64,000 bases of DNA, from NCBI GenBank assembly GCA_964234715.1, contig OZ174279.1, one strand, 5' to 3'. Position numbers and translations under genes: made by a program. The stretch's first letter is position 1. Every line of letters begins with the position of its first letter. Positions 37,282-50,641 of the stretch are shown piece after piece. Origin of the DNA: Podarcis melisellensis. Taxonomy: Eukaryota. The notes under the pieces were generated by a model. It was given only the letters and a program-made list of their open reading frames with translations. It was not told the origin of the DNA and made no database searches.

Positions 37282-38542
37282 GGATAGGTAGTATCCACAA
37301 CCCCCCCCCCAATATTTTCAAGATTATGTACATTGTCAGCACTAAACAAAGTAAAAAAAGAAAGAATAGAGCAAGGAAATAGGATGTGGTAAGATTGATA
37401 TTGTTATCCTTTTTTAATGCTGAAGATCTGATATCTGGTAGCATCTCTTTCATCTTAATAGCTTTTCTGCGCATCTTGCATTTAGACTGGTATCCATGGT
37501 CTCAGCTAGATTGGGAAAGGAAAAACAATTTATATGCCTTGTATATGTGATATAGCATTGTGCCACCAGATGGCTCCATGGAGTCCCATTTTTCTCTACC
37601 TGTTTTCCCTGTTTAAATTTACAACACATTTAACTGAAACACTTATTTGATGTGTCTAGATCCAGCCCATATGGATCCATGTAAATTAGCACTGCTGTAC
37701 GACTGGACTTCTGATTATCTGAATTATGACTGTGTCCCTCCCATAAAAGATAGACAGTGGCCTAGTTCAGACATCATGGTAAACCAGCTTAGCATGAATG
37801 AGCAAGTTGTATGTGCTCCCACAAAGTAAATTACTGCTTCTCTGCATCTCCCCAGTCATTCTGCTGCTGCAGAGGGTTGAGTAAAGCTATGGTTTGGCTT
37901 AGAGGGTTCTCACAGACAAACCATGAGCCATAAAACAATACATATATGGGTTACAGCTCATGGTTATTCTGGAGAGAGCTAGACCACCAGACTCACACTC
38001 ATCTAAATGGTAGCAGAATGACCAGGAGTAAAGCAGCCGTGATCTCGTCCCAAGCAGGCAGGGCTTGACTTAGTGAGATGTGAAAACCAGGCCATTATGA
38101 GAGGATTAGCCTTGGAATTTGCCATCTTTAACACACGCATAAACACCTCGCATTAGAAAGCACCTATAGTGGAATGTGTTCACAGCAGAGCTGCCAAGTG
38201 ATTAAATGATTCCGGTTGATTAATGATCTTACTTTTAATCAGTTAATTACATTTGAGAGCTTTAACAAAATGTAAGAAACGTAAGGATCAAAACCATGCA
38301 CTTGTTAGAAAGAAGGACCATCTTTAATAATCTACCAAATAAAGCTCGAAGCAGCCCTAGTTTACTACTATAATATTAGGCAGCTTTGCATATAATGCTA
38401 AACGGTATTTTAGTGCTATGTGGATGAGCCTCAACATACACACAGTTCCTTATTCCTCTACCCGCATGCCCAAGGGGAGAATTTCAGAAGAATTTACTTT
38501 CACTTTTGTAAAATCTCACTTTAGTGTTATACTTGAGCTAGA

Positions 38543-38863
38543 CAGTGCCAGATTTACATATAAACTAAACAAGCTAAAGCTTAGGGCCCCACTCCCTTGG
38601 GGTCCCCTCCAAAATTTAAAAGTATTTCACTATTAATATACTTCTTATTAATTGTATTTCAGTTCAACAATTACTTTGATTAAATACATATTTTGTTATG
38701 TGCAAATGGCTCTAGATACCTATTAGGTCCATAAATTATCATATAGCATATATTCAACACAAAAAACAGTGACAATTTGTTGTTGACAAAGGACAGTTGG
38801 ATATATAAAGGGCCCCACTGACTTCAGTAGCTTAAGGCCTCATCAAATGTAAATCTGGCCCTG
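38543..38863. mobile_element. Non-autonomous DNA transposon (hAT-like)
   Basis: TIRs CAGTGCCAGATTTACAT / ATGTAAATCTGGCCCTG, with GCTAGA adjacent on both sides. Confidence 0.7.
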
Positions 38864-39012
38864 GCTAGAAATCTCGATTTAAACCACATTATGGTCAGTT
38901 TCATAATAAGCCAACTTCAAAGCATGCTTTATGATGCATGGGTTTCTTTTAAATCAGGGCTTCTGGATTGAACCTAACACTTAGCTGTTAAGGAGCATCC
39001 ATTGTTTAGTTA

Positions 39013-39165
39013 TAGAATCATAGCATCATAGAATTGCAGAGTTGGAAGGGACCATGAGGGTCATCTAGTCCAGCCCCCTGCAATGCAGGAATCTTTTTGT
39101 CCAGTGTGGGGCTGCAATCTGAGATTGAGAGATTGAGAGTCTCATGCTCTGCTTGACTGAGTTAT
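39013..39165 (-). mobile_element. tRNA(Lys)-like-headed SINE with CR1-type tail
   Basis: TAGAATCATAG...GAGTTGGAAGGGACC...CATCTAGTCCAGCCCCCTGCAATGCAGGAATC; the reverse of the 1050..1185 family. Confidence 0.72.
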
Positions 39166-39822
39166 GTGTGAACAAAGCCGCTGCTAAGTGTTACGCTGAA
39201 CATTATTTGAAATACTTTTCTCTGTAATGTTAAAAGTTCAAAACTCCTTTTTAATTCATAGTTATGAAATATGCAGATATTTTCCTGAGTGGATTAGCAA
39301 AATAATGGGGAAACTGGAGGAGGAGCTAATTAAGTGCAATCAAGAGATGTTATATCTCTGATTTTGACGGATAATCCAGAAAATTTGATACTGGAAAAGT
39401 CCCGGTGTTTAAGTCCCCATGTTTAATCTGAGCTTGATAGTTTCTTCTGATGTCTTGTTAGGATAGGAAGCACACTTTTTGGTTAACTTTCCACTTTACG
39501 CCACCATTGCCAAGGTCAACTGAAGAAGCAATGGGTGAATCCTCTGGAAGCTACAGTGTCTTACAGTAGCTAAGTGGAGATTACTTATAATAGGATCTAC
39601 TGGATGACTTTGCAGGAACATTAATCCTGCTCGATAGAGGGTAGAAATTTCGGTTTGTTGGATGAGGCACGCTGTGAATCAAAGTTCAGATTCAACAAAG
39701 GCCATTGTTGATATGGTTTGCTCTTTTGATAGACCTGCTCAAATTCCATGAGAGGAATTGTGGTCATACTTAAATTTCTTGTTGATATTGATACTGTAAA
39801 TTAATAGTTCATAAGAAACTGT

Positions 39823-40172
39823 GGGACGCAGGTGGCGCTGTGGGTTAAACCACAGAGCCTAGGGCTTGCCGATCAGAAGGTCGGCGGTTCGAATCCCTGT
39901 GATGGGGTGAGCTCCCGTTGCTCGGTCCCTGCTCCTGCCAACCTAGCAGTTCGAAAGCACATCAAAGTGCAAGTAGATAAATAGGTATTGCTCTGGCGGG
40001 AAGGTAAATGGCATTTCCGTGCGCTGCTCTGGTTTGCCAGAAGCGGCTTAGTCATGCTGGCCACATGACCCAGAAGCTGTACGCCGGCTCCCTTGGCCAA
40101 TAAAGCGAGATGAGCGCCACAACCCCAGAGACGGCCACTACTGGACCTAATGGTCAGGGGTCCCTTTACCTT
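39823..40172 (+). mobile_element. Sauria SINE, full length, young
   Basis: GGGACGCAGGTGGCGCTGTGG head, GGTTCGAATCC B box, CCCTTTACCTT tail, and an 11-bp TSD TAAGAAACTGT at 39812-39822 and 40173-40183. Confidence 0.93.
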
Positions 40173-42319
40173 TAAGAAACTGTACCTTAAAACGTCACAC
40201 CCCTGCCTTACTAACAAATTCTGAATACAGCGTAAGAGAGATACTTGCTATAGCAGAGGCATTCGAAGGGCCTTTGATTAAGGGCGGAACTAGATGTGAC
40301 GCTAAATGTGTCTTTGACTTAACATGCAGGTTTGTGCACATGTGAGGAGGAGGCAGATAATCACAGCATTGGCACCAGTGGGAGTCTTCTTCCCAGGGCA
40401 TATTGCAGCTTCAGAGGAAAGTCTTGTGCCAGCACTAAAGCAGAGAAGGAAGGGATTATGTCTCCCCTCCAGGCCTTCTGATATCCTGATAATTATCAGC
40501 TTCCATCCAGCTGATGGTATTTGCATTTTTAAAAACCTTGGCTGTTAAATGCAAACATGCTTTTAGCATCCTGTGGTGTTTGGCCTTCAAGGTACTGCAC
40601 AATAGTTTTTTGCAGAGTGAAGGAAATGAACTAAAATTCCTGTCTCTTATATATCTAGCTCTAAGTAGCCTTGCTGGGTTTGGTCATCTGCCTCTCTTAT
40701 TTTGTATAATGCTCTCAGTGTTGGTACAAGAAAAGTGGCCAGTGGAAAAGAAACAGGTTTGCTTCCCAAAAAACAAAAGTAAGAGTTCTAAATTCCTTTA
40801 TCCTATGCAAAGAAATAGTTGAGCCAGCCTCCTAGTATGTTCATGTAAACAATAGCTCTTGTTGCTTATAGTTTCCCAGTTAAACTTACCTTGCTTGACT
40901 CTAGATTAATCTTGGTTTGCTTACATGCTTAATGATCATCCATAAATATTGTGAATTAGTTGTGTACAGCTGAGTTACCTAATAAGTGTTGTGATCATAT
41001 TCTCTTTTCATGTGGTCTGCGAATATGATCCCCATCTGCAGAACTTTCCTTAAGTTACTGCTCTCTAGTGGTGCTAGTGATAATAAGTTTAATACTAAAA
41101 TGAAAAACGGTGAACCATAAGTCGTTATTTTATACCGGGGTGTATAAAAGCTGTGGGCTGAAGTCCAACAATATTTGGATCTTCATTAAATAAATAAGTG
41201 AAGCTATTGGAATCGTCTCCTCACTCTATGCTATTTTTATGGAAATTTGTCAAAATCTATCCTTCAGACATGGGTTGCCATACGTTCTCTGACATTACCT
41301 GGTAATCAGTACTGTATCCCTAGACTATCTTAGCCAATGGCTTTTGATGGTCTTATCACTGTTTTGCTTTTATGACATTGCATGCGTACATCTTTTAGCA
41401 AAAACCTGACTGCTTCCAGGCAAACATGCCTGCATGTCTGACAATCCTGCTGCTATTTTCGTCTGCAGAAGCTGGAAAATTTAAAAGAAAAAAGAAAAGA
41501 TGTTGAAGAGTTGGGCAGACCAACGGGGGAAAGCCTGATGGCCTCTCTGCTTCTGACCCTAGCCTATCTTCACATGCAGAAGCTTTCACTTTAGTTTTCA
41601 TGTGCATTTGTTCTTCTATTGCCTTGGCTTGGTGTAGTGCATGGTTCAGCAGGTCCAGTCTTGGGTCTGGCATGGGATGATAACAGTCTTAAAGGGGAGA
41701 TAACAATCTTAGGAGAGAAGTAGTGAATTTCAGCAGATTGTGACTCTAGAACTTGGATGAGCAGGGAGGCATAAACCCCAGGACACTGAGTTCTCCAACT
41801 GACCCTTGTGCAGAAAGACTGTGTGGTGCTCATGTTTAGGCACTGATGAACTTTTCAACCTGACTGTGCTTCATCTAGAAAGATCAGAATTCCCAGTAGC
41901 CTCTGCTATGTTCAATAATTACTCCAGAGCCATTCAATTATTACCAGGGCTTTGACAAGTAAAAGATATAAAAGTATAAAAACAGAAAATACAATGAACG
42001 GAATAGCACAGTGAGCTGTAGTCAACAAACTCTTACTCGCTGAAAGTAATGGACCTACATTAGTCCCTGACATTAATTTCAATGGGTCCACTCTGAGTAA
42101 TATATCATTGACTACACCTTTCTATATACACTTTCTGTTTTTCAATTCCATTCTCATCTGTATAGCACCATCTAAGCTATATACAGATGAACATTTTCCA
42201 TTCATCTTAACCTCACATTTCCTCATTGTCCACCCCCCAAAAAAAACTATGGATACCTGAAATACTAGTGGAGCATATGGTTAATGATCAATGCTATTCC
42301 TCTCTTTTTTAATGAACAG

Positions 42320-42463
42320 AGAGACCCTGCCATCTCAGCTGATGTGTCCATCTCTAAAAGTGCACTGTACTCTCGGATAAGCAGCTCGGAGGGAGAGAAT
42401 AACTCCAGTTTGCTCTACCAGCAGCAAGACTTGGATTCTGCCTTGAGAGTTGCCAGAGAGGAG
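42320..42463 (+). CDS. TACC2: TACC2 exon (RDPAISADVSISKSALYSRI...QDLDSALRVAREE), start of TACC domain
   Basis: aacag| acceptor and GAG|gtaacc donor. Confidence 0.94.
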
Positions 42464-43309
42464 GTAACCCATAATCCTAAATGATAAAATTCTGTCTGTT
42501 TGTTTTTTAAATGAGTAGGCTTTCCTAAGTGCAGCTGTTCTGAGGTTTACCTGTGTGCAAAATGAATGACTATGTTAGCGTGTTGAAGCAATGAGCTAGT
42601 ACAGTTGTAATGCCAGCAGCTTCCTAACCATGGTTCACAGTGGAATGTTTCAATAAATAATTCTACTTAGGCATAAGTTGTCTCTCAACACCCTTACCTC
42701 CAGTTCAGCATGATGTCCCATGGTTAACCCTAACCCTGGAGTGCTCCTAATTAGCATTTTAAACCTCAACCATGGCTATGATACAGCTTCTCTTCACTCT
42801 CCCTCAATTGTACACCTTTTTCTGCTCTGCATAATAGAAACAAATTTTGGGTGATAATTTTTTGTTTGTGGGGGAAAACTTACACAGTTGAGGCATGAGA
42901 TGTATCTCTGAACAACTATTTTGTTTAGCCAGGAGAGAAACGTATACAGCAGGTGCACCATGTTCGTTGGCATATTGGATTTATGGGCTTGGAAGCCTTT
43001 GGCCAAATTTTAGCCAAGCAGATTGTCTTATATCAGTGCTACATGCGTAAAAGGGAAGTGAGGAGCGACAGTTGCGCAATTTTCTCTCTGATGGTGTGAG
43101 ATACAGCATGTATGCTTGAAAAAGGTAACATGAAGGTTCAGAAGATTAGAGCAGCATTGTATATTAGCTAGAATGGGAGTCCAAATGAAGGTGTCAGTAT
43201 GGCTCACACCAGTTTTCTACATGTACAACAATAGTGAAAGATCCCAGCCCAATCTCTGTGACAATTTGCTGGCTAGAGCAAAACCCGGATATAGATTTGA
43301 CACACTTTA

Positions 43310-43656
43310 CCGTATTGGCCTGAATATAAGCCTCACTTCTTTCCCAAATTCTGACCGTGAAAAGTTAAAGTGCGGCTTATATTTGCGACCTTGTGGTATG
43401 CAGCCAGGAGCGCAGGACAAACAGCACCAGGAGTGCAGTAAAGCGGTGTCCACCCTGCACGTAGTCCCCCATCCTCTCCCAAGGTCAGGAATGGAGAGAG
43501 CGAGGAAAGGGAAAGGCCGCCGGCAACGCCACCCTCGGCCCAGTATGCAGCCAGGAGCAGTGAGGAATGGAACGGCTTATATTCGGGTGTTTTTTCTCCC
43601 CCCCCCCCCATTTTAAAGGTTATATTCAGGTGTGGCTTATATTCAAGCCAATATGG
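43310..43656. mobile_element. Tc1/mariner (pogo-like) MITE
   Basis: TA|CCGTATTGGCCTGAATATAAGCC ... GGCTTATATTCAAGCCAATATGG|TA. Confidence 0.85.
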
Positions 43657-43809
43657 TATTTCTGCTTAGCCATAACATCTTCTGGAACGGTAAAATCAGG
43701 AAATGCCTAAACATTTTTATTTGAAAATCTTCCCATTCTCTTAATGATTTAAGAAGATGCTTTGTGCCTTTAAGATGATTTAACAGGCTTCTTTCTCCTC
43801 TTGTAACAG

Positions 43810-43886
43810 ATCATAGCTAAGGAAAGAGAGGTGTCAGAATGGAAAGACAAATACGAAGAGAGCAGGAGGGAAGTCATGGAAATGCG
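43810..43886 (+). CDS. TACC2: TACC2 TACC-domain exon (IIAKEREVSEWKDKYEESRREVMEM-R)
   Basis: aacag| acceptor and CG|gtgggt donor; WKDKYEESR motif. Confidence 0.95.
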
Positions 43887-44097
43887 GTGGGTTCTTATTC
43901 TTTTTATGCCTGTGCTTTCAGAAGACTTGCTGTTAACATACAAAGGCATCCCTACATAAAACAGCATTTCTACATTGCTGCTATTTGCTGTTCAAAATTG
44001 TTTGCGATTTATTTATTTTTTGCATCAGATCTTTAGTAACATGAAGACAACAAACAAAATGCCCAGAATACCGCTTAATCCTATCTATTAGTCTTGT

Positions 44098-44215
44098 ACT
44101 GTTTTATTAATTTATTAATTTATTAATTTATTTATTTATTTATTTATTTATGTCTTTATTAAATTTGTACACCACCCTTCATCCATAGATCTCAGGGCGG
44201 TTCACCACATAAAGA
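44098..44215 (-). mobile_element. L2/CR1-group 3' end with (TTTA)n tail
   Basis: (TTTA)n followed by TACACCACCCTTCATCC...CTCAGGGCGGTTCAC. Confidence 0.55.
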
Positions 44216-45989
44216 TACAATAATAAAAACACAAAATGCACAATAAAAACAGGAACCAAAAAACACAAACCAGAAAAAATGCCTTTTGCAAGGGATTCTT
44301 CCGAAACTTTGCAGTTAGCTGTTAGAATCTCCTGCAGATATGCCAGCAATATCCACATTCACAGAGTATGCCTAATATGGGTTTGAATTCCCAACATCAT
44401 CAGGTTATTATTATTTTTTTACCAGGCAGCACAGATTGACATGCAAACTGCCTTGAATATTCACTTGGCAAACTATGACTCATCACTCAAACATAACAGA
44501 CTAAGGCTAGTCACAGTTGATTAGCCTGATTTCACTCTGGAAAGGCAAGGATCAGCTTCCTAAATCACTTTTAATCTGCTTATTCCAGCTAGCCTCTTTT
44601 TGAGAACAAATCCAAAATAGGATGCAAGGGTGTGCTTTTAAAATGAGGATGTAATAGGATGCGAGTGTGTTTTTAAAATGAGGACAAACCTTTCAAATTG
44701 TCATTTTGCTTGACAGCTTTATGTCTTTTTCATAAAATTATAACATTATGGATTTGTCATGGCATCACAGATTTTTTTAATTTTTTTTTCCCCAAACAAG
44801 AATGTAAGTCCTCGTTATTTCTTAATATATAAGATTTGTTATAATATGAGGCAAGCCGCTGTTTTTACTGCAACAACCCCTCTGCAAATATGCACTTCCT
44901 GGCAAAATGAACTGTATTCTGCATGTTAAGAATTCACCAGTTAGGCATATGGAATAGCAAAAGGGAACAAACTGTCTTCGGTTAAAGCCTTTGACAAAAC
45001 CTTCATTGATTTTTAATACACTTGGATCAATCCCCAAAAGTGTTGTAGAATTATGAAGTCTTTGGTGCATCATCACTGCAGATTGTGTAGATGACTTGCT
45101 TCAGAAGTCTTGTTGTGGTTTAGACACTTGGTGTTCCAGAGGAGTAGTAGATATGACTTTGCTCCAGAGTGATGATGCTTACAAAATTAATTATAACAAA
45201 AAAATTAACCAGCAGATTGCTTCCAAATTTTGGCAAGTTCAAATATTCCATATTACAGGCCTGTCAAGATTGCAGTCAGCTGTAGTTTGATAAAGGCTTT
45301 CATTTGTGTATGGCCCATCTGGACTAGGGAAGCAAAGAATCAATCAAATCAGTCAATCAATCAAGTATTTATTACAATCTATCAAACAATATGCAAAGTA
45401 AAAAATCTAATCCTCAGTAGAACCGATGATTAACAATGGCAAGCTGGAAACTAACGATCATGGCAGGTCTAAAAGTTATGACGTTCAGATATCTTTCTAT
45501 CTGCTCAGTAATAGATTTATTAGTCCCCTCGAGTAAGATACTCAAAAGGGTCTCTTAAGGACTGACAAGGAAGCCTACTCATAAGAAGATAACTTATGTG
45601 TTCTCTAACCCCTTGATCAAGTCTACAGCAAAAGAGGGAATGTATCTAGCACACCCTTCACTGACTCTCCCAGATGCCAGCTGGAAGAAATGGAAATTGC
45701 AGTCCAAAACATCCAGAGGGCACCAATTTGAAGGCTAATCTAATACTAGACAGGCCACAATACATGGCACTGCATATCTTGATGAGGACATGAGTTTAAT
45801 ACCCCCCCCCCCGTGTGCTGTGCTGTGTATCAATTAAGCTTTGATGGAGTGTTGCCCTGTTGTTACTCAGCTACATTTATCTTATTAAGTATGTTGAAGG
45901 TATTTAATAAGGCTTTTCCTTAAGAGATGCCATTGCAAAAGTTAATTTCTGTTCATGTATGTTCATTATCTTTTCTTCTTTTTGTATAG

Positions 45990-46033
45990 GAAAATTGTTT
46001 CAGAGTATGAGAAGACGATTGCCCAAATGATAG
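45990..46033 (+). CDS. TACC2: TACC2 TACC-domain exon (KIVSEYEKTIAQMI)
   Basis: gtatag| acceptor and G|gtaggt donor; EYEKTIAQMI motif. Confidence 0.95.
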
Positions 46034-49000
46034 GTAGGTGGTGGTGTCATGAAAAATGAACTTCTCTGTCCTCATTCTGATAAGAGAATATAAAAACTTA
46101 TTTAAAGTTGGGTTCCTTTAGTCTTAAAAATAAGCAATAACTGTGACGGTATCTTAGGGGGGCAGAAGCTACTAATTAGTCCTGGAAAACCAGTCTCGCG
46201 TTCTCCTGAAACAGAGATCTGCAACATAGCTGGTCACATCACTTTGATTTTGTACACAACAGCCTAGGCATCTTTGATAGAATCTATTGCTCCATCTTCA
46301 GAAAGTCCTTTCATTATTCAGTATTACTTTTATCAGAATGGCAAAGCTCTCTGCTTAATTACTCCTGCCAAAAGGTGATGTCTTTACTTCTCCATGGGTG
46401 ATCTGTAACAGGGCAAGCCAACATGGTGCCCTTTGAATGTTGTTCAACTACATCTCCCATCATCCCTGATCACTGACCAAGGGGACTGAGACTGATGGGA
46501 GTTGTAGTCCAACAAGATCTGGAGAGCACCACATGGGCTACACTGATCCATGAAATTATTCAAACAAGAACAAATGATTAGATATTGAAATGTTTAGCAA
46601 CTGGCAATCTGATCCTAAGTACTCCAGGCACTATTTCAGGCACAATATAAGTAGTTTTGTGTGCAGAACAGAATCTATGGCTCTTTTTCCTAAAGGTACC
46701 ACTTCATTCTGAGAGTCTCAGAATTAGTCTATGATCTAGTGCACAAAGCTGATTCTATGAAAGTGGGTCAGGAGCCCCACTTCATGTGTGCAAACACTTG
46801 GTCCTGCCTAAAGAAGGTCTTGGCAATTGTTACCAATCCCTTGTTCATCTGAAAGCTGGTTAGAATGTTAACCATTAGAATGTTCCCAAGGAAATCTGGG
46901 CAGATGCCATAGTTATGTGCGGTACTTCAAATGTGATCTGAGTCAACTTTGTAATGGCAGTTGACCCAACATGGGAGTAAGAAGGCAGATGTCTAGTTAA
47001 CAAACTTCACTCTGCAAAAGAATAAGAGAATAAAAAAGTCCCTTTCTATCTGATTGCAGGCCAGTATTTTGTCTTCAAATACCTACATAAATATTTCACA
47101 AATAAATGTTTATAAAATTTTAGATCTGAAAATGTTTTAACACTCCTGGACATCATTGATATTTCTTTTAGAAACTCTGTTCCAAACCAGCTTGGCTATT
47201 AGTCAGAAGCTCTTCAACTCTGTGGCATACATTTGTCAGTCATTAGCTTAAAATGCACTAGACTTTTTATAATATTGAATCTAGTAACACCTTTAAGACA
47301 GACAAATGTTATTAGTAGAGCATAAGCTCCAGCATATAAATTCTTATTATTTATAAGGTAGTTTGTCTTAAAAATGCTGCTGGGCTTAGACTATCAGCAG
47401 CTTGGAAGTATTATTTAAGTCCCTAAAAGCAAAGTTCTCTTCATTTGGAATAACAGACTAAAGCCACATAAAGGAACATCACTTTGAAGGGTTTAAAATA
47501 TGTACATTGTTTTTGGAAGCCATATAATTCTGGTCTTTCTTTCCCATAACCCAAGTAACATATTTGCAATTTTAAAAAAAAAATTGCAAAGCTGCCCGGT
47601 GAGTACAGTGCTAATATGAATCTTGTAGATTCATGAGATCATATTAACATAGCAATGGAACAACCACTCATCTACTTCCAGGTTTAAATAAAACAGACTA
47701 GCACAGCTCAGTCTACTGAGGAGTACTAAGTGTTTGTTTTCTGTAGTAGAGCCCAGCTATTCAGAGTACAGAGTACAATTCTGGAATGTAGTACCATATG
47801 TGCACATACAGTTCAGTTACAAATTTGTAATGGGTAAGTTTGATATACCCATTAAAATGTATGTTTATAGATTTAAAATATGATATTCATACTTGTTTGG
47901 GTTAATTTGTGTCTGTCTGTTCTTCATAATACTTCCTGGCCTGTTTCTTCTGTTGTCCTCCGTCAACATCATTCAGCATCAGCATTATACATTTATTGTT
48001 AGCAGTTTCCAATGCATATTGCACACATCTGTGTCTGCTTGTGAAGCATGGTAGTCCCTCATAACATCCTAAAAATTGCCCAAAGTTGCTCATCACTAGC
48101 ATTTTGCTTTTTAGCTCTAGCTTTTCCCAATTAAAGAGATAGATAGATAGAAACATACCTTGATAGCTTCTGATGAATTTATTCCATTTGTCATCTCCCA
48201 GTCTATTCCCTTCACAGAAATGAGTCACTAGAACAGTTTGCTGATGCCAGACACCACACTCAAAAGGCATTATTTTATTTTGTCTGTTACACTTGTACCA
48301 TCCTCTTCTTCTGAAGAACTTAGACTGGCTAGGTATAATTCCTGGATTGCCTTCCTTATAAGCAGTGCTCAAAGCCAAACCCACTTAACTGTAGCACTTG
48401 AATTTGATCATATGGCTTCATATGATCTTTTGTGTCATCTTTGGTGGTGTGGATACTGGAACTATTCACTGCAGATATGACTTTGAAGTCAGGACTCTTG
48501 TTCCCTTTCTTCCTTTTAACTCAAGAGCTTTGTGTTTTTTTGGGTGGTTAATTTTTCTGAAAAGATATACAATTTCATCACCAGAGCAACAGAATCTGAA
48601 CTGAGCTCTGCTCTCCCTCTGTCCCCCCCCCCCTCAAGTTAAGATGAAATTACTACAGACTGAATTTACAGGGCATATTTATTAAGAACTAATTCCCAAT
48701 AAGCTCTGTGGCACATACTCCCAGGGAAACATACATAGGGTTGTATCCATAGGGATTCAAGTGCTTTGGTGAAGATGCAAACTTGGGATGAAACCTTTGT
48801 GATAGTCACCCAAAGTGGACTTTGCTGCCATTTTTTATTGTAGGCAGGTAGAGTTCATAAGCTTCATTGGCTGACTGTCACATGGTAGAAGTATGTGTCC
48901 CCTCTTCCATACACCTTAAATTACATTATTTCTGTGCAAATGTCCCAAGACACATTTTCCCCTGCCTTTGGACACTATGGAATAATCACATAAATTAAAC

Positions 49001-49369
49001 CCTCTCCTCTAAGTGGCTCTTTGTGGAGAACATAAGTTATCCATTTATTTAGGTGCGTGATGGAGCAGAGAGGCATGTGCTTGGAAAGGTTCCTGAGAGT
49101 CTGCGTAGATGGTGAATCCTAGAAGAAATATAGGAGAGAGGGGGAAACCTTCTACAAACCAGTGCTAATATTGCTTCTAATACTGTGCACTGTGCATTGC
49201 ATCCTCCTTACTAGTCCCCTAGGTGGAACTAATGTAGGCCAAGGACAGGATAAGCCAGCTCATGGAGATCAGAAATGCTTTGGCACATATTCCTTATGAC
49301 TTTGATCTTCACATGTTCCACAGTGGCTTCAAGACTCAATGCCCAAGATGCCAAACTGTACTAACATTA

Positions 49370-49406
<37 letters not shown>
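49370..49406. repeat. (TTA)n microsatellite
   Basis: Seen directly. Confidence 0.9.
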
Positions 49407-50632
49407 GTTAGGGTGGCTTAAAAATTCCTATGGCAGGATGCTTTATATTATGGATGGGAAACGTGTGGCCCTCTGGGTGTTATTGGATTCCAACTCCCAT
49501 CAACCCCAGTGGTCAGGGGATGATGGGAATTGTTGTTCAGCAACACCCGAAGGGCCAAAGGTACCCCCCATTCCTACTTTATATCATAACAGGAAGATTT
49601 CACATTCCAATTTGGGAATGGGGAATTTTGCTTACTTGGTGGCTTGCTTGGTTAGACATGCGGCAAGATCACCCGGTGTTTATATAAAAATATATTGATT
49701 GTGCAGTATACAGATGATGGAGTCACATTAGTATTCTGCCGAAGAAAAGTAAGGGAAAGAAACAGCTCATCAGAATGGTTTCCACTTATAGCTTGAAGAG
49801 ACCCTTCTGAGCTCTTTATAAATCTGCAGCTGTGACTGCATTTTGCTAATCCCTTTCGATATAATGCTGAATTGGGTCAAGTAGTTCTGAGAAAGCTCTA
49901 AAGAAGTGTCTTAACTAATGAAGAACACAGTACCGCAACTCTTACCAGAAATGTAGATGAAAATATATCTGCAGTTATGAATAGGAGCTGTGAGGCAGGA
50001 GCTTATATCCTCAGTATCCTTTGGCGTGTACCTTTCAGATCTTGTCTGTCTTCATATAATCTCCTTTGTTAAATCGCTTCAATGTGCCTCTGCTTCAGCC
50101 CCTATTGCATGTTCACCTGCATTCAAAAATTAATTTTTGTGTTGCATTGTTTTTTGTGTTTGCAACATTGTGGGCACCATGCATTCTACAGGAGAAGTAC
50201 AGGCTGGCAGGAGAGTCTGCAAAGTAAAATATCACCAAATCTGAAAGCAAACACTTCACCCACAGATTATGCAAGCTTTTTTTCAAATGGCCCCTTGCAC
50301 TGAACGTTTTGCCAGTATCAATTCCATATATAGCCCTCCCCATTTCTTATGCTTTCATGTTTACAGACCCCCCACAGCTTCCTTGTTGAACCATTCATTC
50401 ACATGTTGGCTTCTCATTGCTTCAATTGACAATTGAAACTACATTCATTCATTCAAGATTATTATGCTATTTACCTCTTCAACATTGAAATAAGGGGATA
50501 TTGCCCTTTTTGCGTTACAGATTGTTGCATTTAAGTTTTTTCTGCTTTCTTGATTAAATTCCCTGATTTTTTTTCCTATTTTGCTTCCATTTTTGTTGCT
50601 TCTTGTTCTTTGCTTGCAATTCCAAAACAAAG

Positions 50633-50641
50633 GCAAGCCTG
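50633..50641 (+). CDS. TACC2: TACC2 candidate 9-nt microexon (adds G-K-P within the TACC coiled coil)
   Basis: Long pyrimidine tract with UGC motifs, then aaag|GCAAGCCTG|gtaagt with a perfect donor. Phase 1-1 and frame-preserving in this intron. Confidence 0.7.

Noticed and set aside
2340-40172. Inverted Sauria SINE pair as a possible circRNA driver
   Set aside because: The copies are about 37 kb apart and visibly diverged from each other; there is no sequence-level support for pairing.
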